Assembly (NCBI GenBank): GCA_020891255.1
Contig: BQFW01000011.1
Span: 1,922,001 to 1,986,000 of the forward strand
DNA from: Entomortierella parvispora E1425
Taxonomy: Eukaryota > Fungi > Mortierellomycota
Direction: 5' to 3'
DNA length: 64,000 nt
In this document: piece after piece, positions 49,108 to 60,676 of the stretch
Numbering within the stretch: the first letter of the stretch is position 1
Layout of the letters: each line of letters opens with the position of its first letter
Translations under genes and position numbers: made by a program
The notes under the pieces: model-generated
What the model saw: the letters and a program-made list of their open reading frames with translations, nothing else
Databases searched by the model: none
Told to the model about the DNA's origin: nothing

Positions 49108-50309
49108 ATGTTGATACTCACTCACCTTCAAAAAGACGATAGTTTGGTGCGTAGGTTGATGTTATCTGCAGTCTTCAGAGCTGGAAGAGTGTTGGCAACT
49201 TCACGGTTCAGATTCGAATAAAAAGGCGGCATCAGCCTCATGCTTGCTAACTTGTGTTTATGACAATTACCCGGCTACTCACTCATACCTTTCTTTTCAT
49301 TATCATCGTCAAATGTTTTTGTCCTGCACAATAGATTCCGCTGCTTCCCTACGCTTCAGGATGTTTACTTGCCAGTGTCTTGTTGACCATTTCGGGGATT
49401 GCAGAAACCCATCCAAAAGCACTGGCATTGGCAACTCAATTGATCCAACTCGGCTGGCTTTTATTGCAGATCCAAGGTGCCATGCTGGTCTGGAAATTCG
49501 GGACACGTGGACAGGCTACAGCACTGTTTAAAGTATGGCTGGTATCTGTCCAGTTGCTGGATGTTCATCGACGATACCTAGTCTTGTTCTTTGCGACGAC
49601 GACCCTCAATGTGAACAGTGCCGTGATGGGACATCAATCCCCGAGGTGGTCATCACTCCCATTCTCCACACCAGTCAATATGGAGGAATCAAGGAGGGGA
49701 TCATTAGCACGAAGCAGTGATGATGGGGATAATCTGGGCTTGACAACAATCACAATGGCAACATTTGAGCAAGGAAACGGAAATGTGTCCTCCAATGTTC
49801 TTGGATCGGTTCGAGCTTACTACAAGTCCATGGTTTGCAGCGCCGTCCCAGAGCTATGCAATCTCCAAACAGTGCTTCAAAATCCCTCTTTGATCCCTGG
49901 CACCAGTGATAAGCAAGAGGTATTCAGGAAAGAATACGGCCATGGTCAAGATGGGGATATCACACAATCGACGGTCGCGGTCGGGATGAAAGAGATGGAA
50001 TATCAAGTCGTGTTTGAAATCTTGGCTGGACTCGGCGTGAGTGCCTTGATGGTCGCGGTCTGGCTGTTGATGCGGGCGTTGCAGCGAAGGACCGGGATGC
50101 CGTTGCCAAATCGCATGCATTTCCGCCAACGATTCAACCTCGGTCTCTGCTCTGTAAAGAATGAGGCTCGTTGTTGGAGAGCATCGCTTAAAGATAAGGT
50201 CGTACAGCTGGTGGACCGGTTTGATATGCGAGTGATGATGACGATAGGAGCCAGTCAGAAGAAGAGTACCGAGAGTACTGACGACGAAAACGACCCCACC
50301 ATCTTGTAG
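49108..50309 (+). CDS. Hypothetical multi-pass membrane protein, 2 exons (49108-49146, 49335-50309)
   Basis: In-frame phase-0 intron 49147-49334; several hydrophobic segments, including YQVVFEILAGLGVSALMVAVWLLM. The start is uncertain. Confidence 0.55.
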
Positions 50310-50508
50310 TTCCTGCAGTTGTATGAATAGAGTTGCGGTCGGGCCACCATCAGCCGTCACGTGAACAAAATAGTTTCTTTCCTGCACCCGACCAAGGGTC
50401 TTTTTTTTTTTTTTTTTTTTCTGTCCTTCAAGCTCTTATCTCCCATTGCACAACCGTCTTTCCACGACCCTTGCTGTATTCACATTCGCACATTCTCATA
50501 TAAACACC

Positions 50509-52276
50509 ATGGATATGGATGTAGACAACTTGGAAACAGCCTTCCTCAAGAGCTGGGGCGAAGTCCTCCGTCGGAACGACCCCTTTCTCTGGAGTTTAGC
50601 TTTGGAGACCTCTTCAGCTTTGCCCACGTCCCCTTCACCGTCGTCGCCGTCATCGTCTCTGTCCACACCTGTCCACACCAATGGATTACACAGCAGCGCC
50701 ACATATACTCCGTCTGATCCAAACCACCGGATGTTGCTGTCTCAAGCTCCACTTTCATCACAATCGTCGTCAACAACTTTGCGGGTCAAAGAATCATCGT
50801 CGAAACTGGCACCACAGGCGCACCGGAGACAATCCTTCTGTCAATCACTTCTCAACCCTCATGAAGCCCATGCGCTGGACTGGCTCAAGTGCTTGATCTT
50901 GACAGAGGACTATAGCGTTAACGCCTCCGAGAAGAAGAGCCACCTGGTGTTATCACTCGCGAAAAATCACCCATTGGGTGCAACACAGACACAAGACTTT
51001 GGGCCAGTAGGGCAAGGTAAAAAAGAGAGGGAGATGAGAAACATGGGCATTCACACACATTCCCTATCTCGTGTATTGTGCGTGTATCGGACGAGACCCT
51101 TGAGGGGATCCCCTTCCCCCCAACTCTCCCTTCCCCGTCCCGTCTTTGCCTCTGTTCACTTTCTGCCCTTTTCTGTCCACCACTCGATGGCAGATGGGAA
51201 TAGAACAAACAGATAAGATAAACAAAGAGCTGACCCTCCATCTCAAATACTCATTCTTCTCTCTGGCCGTAGTGATCTCCAGGAGAGCAGGCACCGTGCA
51301 TGCGAACCCAAGCGCCCCGATCTCATCTTCTGGATCAACTTCATCTACTAGTGCAGGCAACAACACACCAAGTGCGGCTGCTTCATCAACGACATCTACA
51401 ACAACATCAACGACATCCACGATCGCAGGGGGTGCCTTGTCTGAAGCTGTTCATGTTGGAATCGGGGCAGGATACCGTCCCAGGCAACAGATGACTGGAT
51501 CCGGTACATTGGACTCTTCAGTGCAACCCTCATCTGCGGTTTCGGATTCTGCTGCAAAGGTGCCCCTGACACCTGGCGCTGTTCATGCCTCCGACGCGGT
51601 TGCAGCAACGGCGGCAGTATCGGATGCGACTCATACTAGGGAAGCCTCACTGACCAATGTGAATCCAGCGACACCCTCACCCCATCAACCTACAACAGTC
51701 GTTCCGATATCTGGTTCGGGATCTATAAGCAGTAATGCAAGTGTCACCTCATCACCCACAACAAATTCAACAACAACAGCAACAGCAGAGGCGACAGCCA
51801 CCTCCACAACCCCATCGTCGAATTCTGCCACTGGACCCACCCCTGTTCCCACCACTACCGCTACCGCCAACACTGAAAATTCAGCCTCCACATCTCATAC
51901 CAAAACATTGCCCTTCTTGCCGTCCTTCACGACACCTATTGTCTTGCCAGCGTTGGAAACCGTTATTCCCATGGCGCAGAGGCAATTGATCCGGTCCAAA
52001 GACGCAACAGTAGCGTTCTTCTACAGGACATTTTCGCCAACGTATCGTATCAGTCGACTCTATATCGATTCTTGGTCGAATGGAGGCCAAAAACGAGGAC
52101 TCAATCGGATCCAAAAAGCGTTTGTGGAAGGGCATGCATTCACACTTGTCAAGGGTGCAACGCTTCACATGAAGGATGTCTGGCGTCAAGTCGCGGAGGC
52201 TTACAAAATCAAGTCTGCGAATGCCAGGGCAGAAAAGGCCCGTCGTATCTCAAAGAGTGCAAAGGGAAAAAAGTAG
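50509..52276 (+). CDS. Hypothetical protein with long Ser/Thr-rich disordered middle, 2 exons
   Basis: Exons 50509-51016 and 51273-52276 join in phase 1; ordered-looking N- and C-terminal segments. Confidence 0.7.
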
Positions 52277-52467
52277 GGCTGACAACCTTCCAATCCATCG
52301 AGGGCTTCTGTGAGATAAGAAAAAGAACAACAAATAGACACTCTAGAATAGACGCGGCCGCCCAAGAAAAAAAAATTGTACAGAATTTTATTACTACACG
52401 TTGTGAAGAGTTGTGATTATTGAGAAAAAGACGGAAAAAAAAAGGTATGGGAAAACTTGATCTTTTC

Positions 52468-53408
52468 TCAAAACCATTTGTGATGTTTGTGGCGGTGATG
52501 ACCATGGTGTTTGTAGTGTTTGTAATGCTTATGGTGGCCGTGATGTCCGTGATGTCCATGGTGCCCGTAAACCATGGGCATAACAGGTTGAGCCATCTGG
52601 TAAGCAGGTCCGTGGTGTCCGCCGTGGTGTCCTTGATGATGATGATGAGCTACCATCGCCCCTCCAACTAAGAGAGCAGCGGCACCCGCCACACCAGCCG
52701 TCGCCATTCCACCGGGAATATGAGGGGCATGGTGTCCTGTTCCTGGAGCTGCTCCATAAGGCTGAGGTGGAGGAGCACCGTATCCATAGGGCTGAGGAGG
52801 GGGAGGTTGTGCACCATACGGCTGAGCACCATAGGGTTGGGGAGGCGCGCTATATCCGTAAGGTTGAGGTGGTGGTACAGGTGCTCCGTAGGGTGCGGGC
52901 TGACCATAGGGTGAGGGGGCTCCGTAGGGACTGGGCTGTCCGTAGGGGCTGGGGGCAGAACTGAAGCCGGGTATTGCGGGCATGCCAGGGATGTGGGGCA
53001 TGTGGAAGCCTTTGTCCTGCGTCACAGGGGCGCCGGTTGGGGTTGGTGTGGGCACTGAAGCAGGCTTGCTTGCTTCGGGCATGGCGGCATAGGGTGGAGG
53101 AGGCTGGGAAGCCCGAGGATCCTCCCACTGAGTCTTGCCAGTCGCGGTTTCTAGTTGGTTTTGGAGCAAGAGAAAGGCACGAGATGAGCGCGAGATCACA
53201 GTGCATGGTCTCATTCACACAAAGACAAGAACCTACCAACATAAAAGTTGCGTTTGTGATTGGCATCGTATTGCGAGATCCTACCAGGGGAAGAAGGGAA
53301 AAAGAGATGACAAGATTGTGAGGATGAGGGGTTTGTTCCCAGGTTACATGTCAGATGAGCCGACGGGGCAACAACACAATACCATCCGGGGGGAAGAGGA
53401 GCCTCCAT
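52468..53408 (-). CDS. N-terminal WW-domain protein with Pro/Tyr/Gly repeats and His-rich tail (Wwm1-like), 3 exons
   Basis: Spliced N-terminus PLPPGW|ISQYDANHKRNFY|VETATGKTQWEDPR fits the WW pattern; (A/Q)PSPYG repeats; C-terminal HHGHHKHYKHYKHHGHHRHKHHKWF*. Confidence 0.8.
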
Positions 53409-53442
53409 GGTCTGAATTAAGAATGTGGTTTGGGGTCGGGAG

Positions 53443-53660
53443 AGAAAGAGGAAGAGGAGAGGAGAGGAGAGGAGAGCGAGTGTGGTCTTGGGGAGGGGAT
53501 GGAAAGAGGAAGAAGAGAAGAGGGGAGAGAGAAGAGAAGAGAAGAGAAGAGAAGAGAAGAGAGGAAGAGAGGAGAGGAGAGGAAGAGAGGAGAGGAGAGG
53601 AGAGGAGAAGAGAAGAGAAGAAAGAAGCGCAGAGGAAAAGAGAAAAGAAGAAAGAAGGGC
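53443..53660. repeat. Polypurine GA-rich microsatellite tract, (AGAGG)n/(AGAAG)n
   Basis: About 220 bp almost exclusively A/G on the + strand, just upstream of the WW gene ATG. Confidence 0.9.
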
Positions 53661-53963
53661 TGGAAGGGGACACGAGGAGCGCTTTTGGAGTATTGAGGGC
53701 GGACAAGGACCATGGCACTCAGCCACGGCCCATGCCGATGGGCAAATGAAAGGGAGGGAGTGCCACTGCCAAGAGCACATTCAAGCGAAAACCAGGATAG
53801 GCGACAGGGGCAATGTTGCTTCTCCCGGGTATGGGGAGGCGGAGCAGGGGGTCACGTGCAGGGCAGGGGTGCTTGGTGTTTGGCTCTTCTTGGCTCACTT
53901 TGTGTTCACATGGATGAGGATGAGGATGCAGGTCGACTTCCTGTTAGGCTGTTGTTTGTCTGC

Positions 53964-53967
<4 letters not shown>

Positions 53968-54007
<40 letters not shown>
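53968..54007. repeat. (GT)20 dinucleotide microsatellite
   Basis: Read directly from the sequence. Confidence 0.95.
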
Positions 54008-54008
<1 letters not shown>

Positions 54009-54543
54009 TGCCTGTCTCTCTGCAATCACAGACAGAGCAGCCATAGAGGCTAGTGTCCCTCGATGGGTTGTGAGCATGTTCTTCCTGTGGCAATACCGCA
54101 CTGCTGTATGTAATAGCAATCAATGACCTGCCCTTGTGCGCCCACTCTTCGTCTTTGGTCTCTCTTCTCTCTCTTCTCTCTCTTCTCTCCTCTTCTCTTC
54201 TCTTGACCGTCTCTCTGTCCCCTGTCTGTCCCCTCTCTGTCCCCTCATCTCCTCCATCGCTCGCTTCATCACTCCCTTTTTCATCCTCGTTTCATTCATT
54301 CCCTCTTTTTGGTATACGCGACTTGGACCTGACAGTAACGCCACCTGCTCCTGTCCAACAGAAACGAGACGGCAATTCATTCCTCCCCTTGCCATCAACC
54401 CTCAACCCCTACCCCTTCCAACAGACACTGTCCTGGAGACTGATGTCCATCCCCTTTTCTTTCAGCTCCATTTTGTCCTTCTCATTCGCCGTTCGCCCTT
54501 CTCTTCTTTTTCCTCTTCCGCAAAGAGCCCAATATCACCCATA

Positions 54544-56306
54544 ATGTCCGAGTCCGCTCTCTATTCCTCTCACCACAGAGAAGCCTCAGCGTCCCGGTCT
54601 GGGAACAATCTAGCGGCTGGCGACCCCAATGTATCGCCCGAACCACAGCAGCAACACCAGGAGCAACAGCAACACAACCATCTCTCGCAGACGCAACCTG
54701 CCCGTCATCGGATGGAGCGGCCATCCAGTCAATACTCAGGGCACAGTCAAGTCTTTGACCTGCAGCAGGGGGCCTCTTCAGCAGAGCTCGGTCAGCATCA
54801 TGAGTTTGAACATAGACAGGGGGATCTTCCTCCACAGGAACGCGCTCAGGATACTGCCGCCCACGATACTCATCACAATCTCGGGTCGCCTACGTTTGAC
54901 GATGACCGGGCCTCTCCATTTCCAGACCACCCACCGTCCAAGTACCGCGATTTCCGTCTCCGTGTTATGCGAATGGCTACAGTTCCACGCCTTCAACTGC
55001 TCTGGGGTCTATTAGCTGCCTTTGGATCTATGGCATGGATGGCCATTACTCCAGCATACGCGTTCAGGTAAGTCGGCGCTGTTGTTACCGAATTCTGACT
55101 GTCCAGGAACTGCCCAATATCAACCGAGCTGACTCTTAAATGTCTCATGTCCCTTGCGTCTGAAGAAACAAGCTAGGACCAACTGCGTACTCTAGTCCTT
55201 CATACACCTTCTGTAAGTGTGTGTTTGTTTCTGCCGGTTATCTGCTGCCAGAGTGACAATTGACTTACACTCCTACCTGGTCCATTTCCTGTATAGTCCT
55301 TATCGCAACAGTCGGCACTTCTGTCGCCTCCATCTGGCAGTCTCTTTGTCCACTTCTAGTCCGACAGAGTCAGCGTTCACTCTTGCCTAGGATCATCAAC
55401 CACCCAGCAACTCAAACAACCACTATTGTCATCTCTGTACTCCTCACCGCCATCAACTTTTTTAGCTGGATTGTACTTGCATCATACAAGGATGGAGCAA
55501 AGACCAATTGCCATAAGGGACCTGATTCGGATGTCAGTGGCTACGTGATGCAGTGCAGAGGTGTCAACGTAGCGATCGTGCTGGATGTGGTCGTTTTCTT
55601 GCTATGGATCCCAATCTCTATAGTGATTGTTTGCGGTACACTTGAGCGTGGACTTTGGTGGTGGGGCGAGGATGACGGGTGGGCCCATAACGAAGGCATC
55701 GCCAAGGGATCCAACATGATGTCTGAGGAAGAGTTTGATCTCAAGATTGGGCTCGGTGGACGATCCAGGATGCGCAGGAACAACCGATCTCAGGAGAATG
55801 CCAGTGTGGCTGAAAGTCAAATGATTCAACGTCCCAAACCGGCCTTTGTCACTCCTATTGCGTCCCAGTTCCGAGCTGATGGAGACACGGACATGGGCGC
55901 CTCGCAGGATCAAGAAAACGCTGACTTTGGTGAGGTGACACCCTCTAGCTACAGGAGACACCATCAACAACGACAACAACCACAGCAGCAGCAACAGCAG
56001 CAACAACAGCAGCCTAGAAGTCTTGTCCATAAGAGCTCCAACTCGTCTTTGGCGCCTTCTTTCTCAGCTAGACTTTCAACATTTTTTGGCGCTGGGTGGA
56101 GCAACGGCCCGATGCCTCCACCCGAGGAACAACCTCCAACGCCTTCTCTCCCCTCACAATATCGCCCAGAGCGTTCTCGACTTGGAGAGGAACATTCTAA
56201 ACCTGCTTCAGAGGCTTCACAGGATGCTGCGGGGGATAAGACGTCTATTCATGGTGATGCGTACACGACCCAATGGCACAATCGTCGCCATGATGATTGG
56301 TCTTGA
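54544..56306 (+). CDS. Four-TM (MARVEL-like) membrane protein with disordered termini, 3 exons including a short middle exon
   Basis: Four hydrophobic helices and a Cys pair in the extracellular loop (TNCHKG..MQCRG). A small exon at about 55166-55213 restores the frame. Confidence 0.65.
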
Positions 56307-57753
56307 GTGAGCAAGAACAAGTGAGCCAATTATACATATTATCTTTATGAAAGCGCCAAAGACCATGGCTGCATGCGATTCATTGATACCTTTGCATACT
56401 GTTGTTGAGTGGCGCAACCCTCACGGAGGAACGAAGATCTACCCTCCATAATATAGTAATCCATAAAAGTTCCATCTTGCTTATAAAGCGTCTTGTGGAT
56501 CGGCGAATTCTTGAATGAAGGTGTTTGACCTCTCGAGCAGGACATACCTATTGCGGCTGAAGCGCCGGAAAAAGAGTGCCCTGTGGGTAAGGTCTCCATC
56601 ATATTCATTTCTTGTTGGGGAGATTGAGAGCCCTGTTGTCATGAGCTAGTTTGGCGCTACTGCCAGTCCAGGCACCGGAATGACGCTATTTGTCCAGACG
56701 ATAGGCCCCCGTTCAATCGTTCTGAACTAGTCTGCTTCGACACATGTCTCCGAAACGGTTGACATCCACACGCGCGTTAATGTGGCAAGGGCTGGAACCT
56801 TTTCCCCCTGTCTTGTTCCAGGGTGCAGGGTTCAGGCTAAAACAAAAAAAAAAAATGTTTGTGTACAAACATCACAATTGTGCATTCGCTTGGACCTCTG
56901 CCTCGCCCACATGAGTTTTCTTGTGCGCTCCTTGTTGAAAGCATTCTTGTGTGACGCCAGAGTAGCTTGTCGAGACAGGCAAGTACTCGGCCCCCTCTCC
57001 GCTGCCGGCGCCCTTGCTGACGGCTCTCTGAGTCCTCTAGCCGGCTCGGTGATTTCCCGCTATTGATTGCAGCAAAGAAGACCAGGTGGAAATAGAATAA
57101 AGTCCAGCCCAAAGTCCTTGTCCCAATGGACCAAACTCAGATTGAAGCAAAGATTTTCGACCTTTTTTTTTTTTTGTTCAACCCGCAACGACGATGAAGC
57201 AAGCAAGGTTTTCCAAACCACTCAAACGATAGGCGCGATTTGGAGCCTCAGGAAAAGAGCCAACAATAAATTACAATTACACCCGTTCGTTGTACAGGGG
57301 CAGGGGGAGTTTAGGGCAAAGACAAGGCCCACGAGCAATTTCCGTTCGTGTCTAATTTCATCTCGCATCTGTTTTCTTCTTTTCTCCCGGCTCTCCTCTG
57401 GCTTCCCGCACTCTCGTTTTTCCACTCCACTCTTCTTTCTTCTCCGTGCTTCACTCACTCACTCACTCTCTCTCTCTGTCTTCCTCTTCTCTCTCATTGC
57501 CGTCTCGACATCCCCTCACCTGTTCGACTTTGGACAGACTCTCATCCACCTTTCGCCCTTTTGTCCATCCCTCGCCCTGTCCGAGTTGTGTCGATCCCTT
57601 GTCTCTCTTTCTGTCCTCTCTTACTCTAGCGTAGAAATAACCACCCCCTTACTCGACAACCTCTTCTTCCCTCACTCGACCAACTCGGCCTTTTCATCAG
57701 CAGACAACGTCCCCCCACTCTCTCTCCCACACACACACACACCCACTCACAGC

Positions 57754-59505
57754 ATGCGACTCTCATCAACAGCAAGCGTGCTTGCAGTGTTCCTTCCTAT
57801 CCTTTCTTGGATCGGCAGTGTACAGGCCAACATTTCCTTTGACAACATCCCCAACACCAAGGCTGTGAACCCTGGTGCCACCATGAACGTCACTTGGACT
57901 CAGGGAGCTGCACCCAACGGCACAGCCCTCGATAATGCCAATTTCAATCTTCAATTGAGGGCCCTTACAGGTCAAAGATACGCCATCCGCAACAACGTGG
58001 CCCAGGACCTGCGTTCATTGTTGGTGACCATCCCCACAAACGCTACGGGAGGCCTGGTACGAGCGTTAGATACATGAAGTTTTAATTTGTTCCCTTCCCT
58101 CTCCTTTTTGTTACAACGATAACTGATGATCCCTTTTTTTTTTTTTTTTTTTTTCCTTTTGTTTCCTTTCTTGATTGTGGATGGGTGTGGGGGTGAATCC
58201 AATAGCACAGTTTCTATTGTGACTACACGGGTGCAGGCAAGATGGTGAGCTCCAACCAATTTAACATCACCGGAGCCATTGTCACGACAACTTTGCCACT
58301 GCCTGCTGCCACATCGACCCACCCCGCCTCTACCGGTACGCCTCAGAGTAACACTGGGTTGTCGGGAGGTGCCATTGGAGGAATCATTATCGGTGTCGTG
58401 GCCGCCTTGTTGATGGCGGCCTTCATCTTTTTCTGTCGCCACCGTCGAAGAGTCGGAGGAACGAATGCCGAGAGTCGATCGATGGGCGGTGGAGATGGAG
58501 AGTCGAAGGGGGGTCGGCATCAGGATAAAGAGTCTTTGACCCGGTCGGCTGGTCCGGTCGATGGTGCTTCGATGGGGATGATGGCAGTGCCATTGGGTCC
58601 CCCTGGAAATGGACAAAGACCTTATCATCAGGAGGAAAACAATGGCGGCGCTGGAGGCGGTCAACCTAGATTCCAGCAAAACCAACACATCCCTCAGCAA
58701 CAACAACAACAGCAACAGCAGGTCTCCCGCAACCCTTTCGAGAATGCAGCCGTCATCGGCGCTGGCAGCCCCGGCGGTGCATCACCAACTCAGCAACAAC
58801 CTTTCACCTACCAACCTCCTCAATACGGACCTCAACCTGGGGGTTTTCCCCCGAACGGCTCTCCACAACCCTCCCAACCAAACAATCCATTTCTAGGAAG
58901 CCCTAATCCCATGATGCCTGGTCAGACGCATCAGCAGCAACAGTTGGTTCGGAACCAAAGCCCCTACGGAGCTGGCCCCGGCGGGGTGTCTCATCGAGAC
59001 TCGTTTGCCTCTGAACTAGAGTCGGTGTACGATCCCAGGATGATGTCCATGAGCGGCCCTAGTCCCCTTCACCAACAGCGCAGCATGACCAATTTGACCC
59101 ATTCCAAGTCGACTCGTTTCCCCGGAAATGTACCTGTGAACCGATCCAACCTTTCACCTCTTCAGCAACAACAACAACCTGTTCACAACCCTGATCCTTT
59201 TGCAGAGCAGGATCCGGAAAGCATGGCCCTCGCAGCCGCCGTTGCCGCCGCAGCGGCCTCCCCAGTGCTGACCCATCGTCAAAAACATCAGCAGCAGATC
59301 GAGTCGAGGAGTCAGAGTCCTGCAACGAATATGGGAGGCAACAAGGAAATTGAGATGCAGAATTTGGATATTCAGCAGCACCATTTCGAACAACAAAACA
59401 TGCAGCTGCGCCCAGGTCAGATTGTGAACAACCCCTATGATGACAAGGAAGAAATCGCAGAAAATGAGGAGGCCGAGGAGAAGGTGCAGCGTCAGTATGG
59501 TCAGC

Positions 59506-59596
<91 letters not shown>

Positions 59597-60530
59597 GCAG
59601 CAGGCACAATTGGAGGAGCAAGCTGGAGGAGCTAGCTACACCGGATACCGTGACACAATCTTTGGCGCCTACGCCCAAAACCAGTACGAGGACGATGAAG
59701 AGGACGAGGAGGTGGCGGTTGCCAGACAGGTGCCCCCCACCATGTCTCCTTCTGCTCCTCTCCCCATCATGCAATACCAGCCTCAGACCTCCGCGACCTC
59801 TGGCCAGAACGGCAGTGATCCCTTGATGTCCGGTGGCGCTGTGGTCCAGCGAAAGAAATCTGTCAAGTTTACAAGCGCCCCCACCGGTGGCCCCGTCGTC
59901 CTGCCTAGCCATGAAGCAGCCAGACAACTTCAACGTCAACAAAGCAAAGATTCCTCGCCATCCATTCATGTCCAGCAACCAAAACACGACTATGAATCCG
60001 AAGATGAGGAGGACGATGAAGAAGACGAAGACGAGGATGACATCCGGTCAAGAATGATGGAGGATGAGGCCGCTGCTGTGTCACATCAACACGGGGGCCC
60101 TTTTAGCCCTCCAGTCCCCTCCCAAAACTCGCCCAGTTTGAACAATGTCTCCACGTTCGGAAACGGGTTCTATGAAGATGTCCTGGCCGCCGTCGATAAG
60201 AAGGCCGTCGTCAGCCCAACGTCCCCATCTCACTCCACCGCTTCTGGATCCACCCTCCCCATGTCTCCTCTCTCCGCCACCTCTTCAAACTCTGGCACCA
60301 CCACAGTGTCATCGTCCACGTACGTGAAGCCGCCCATGCCCAAGGTCCCGGGTTCGGCACCCTCGACTCAGCCAAGCGCTGCACCGCCCGTACCCCAGCA
60401 ATATTCGGTCCAGACTCAAAATTTGCCTACCCCTCAACCACAACAGCTTCAACAGCCCCTGACCCAAGAAGTTTACGGCGCCCCCTCCCCTCGCATCACA
60501 CACGCGGCAAAGACTGTAATGAGCCACTAG
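57754..60530 (+). CDS. Type I membrane protein: signal peptide, Kre9/Knh1-N-like beta domain, S/T stalk, TM helix, long Gln-rich cytoplasmic tail
   Basis: MRLSSTASVLAVFLPILSWIGSVQA; MNVTWT..FNLQL..LVTIP..SNQFNI; TM GAIGGIIIGVVAALLMAAFIFFCRHRRR; intron 58057-58205 in phase 0. Confidence 0.8.
59505..59594 (+). repeat. Pure (CAA)30 coding trinucleotide repeat within a 34-Gln run
   Basis: 90 nt of uninterrupted CAA flanked by CAG codons. Confidence 0.95.
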
Positions 60531-60676
60531 TCAAAACAAAAGCATTCACAAAAGCATTCAAAAAAGCGTAGAAAGTCCACTCTCTCTTACTAGCAACAAG
60601 TATTAATAAAAAAAATAATTACAGACATACATGACAATGCTTCATATAATATAATTCAAAGACTACAAGAGTTCTA

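Noticed and set aside
53135-55071. Long low-complexity ORFs (RREEKR, SSLLFS, VCVC) and similar ORFs at 16427-17154 and 57067-57750
   Set aside because: Translations of GA/CT/GT microsatellite promoter DNA.
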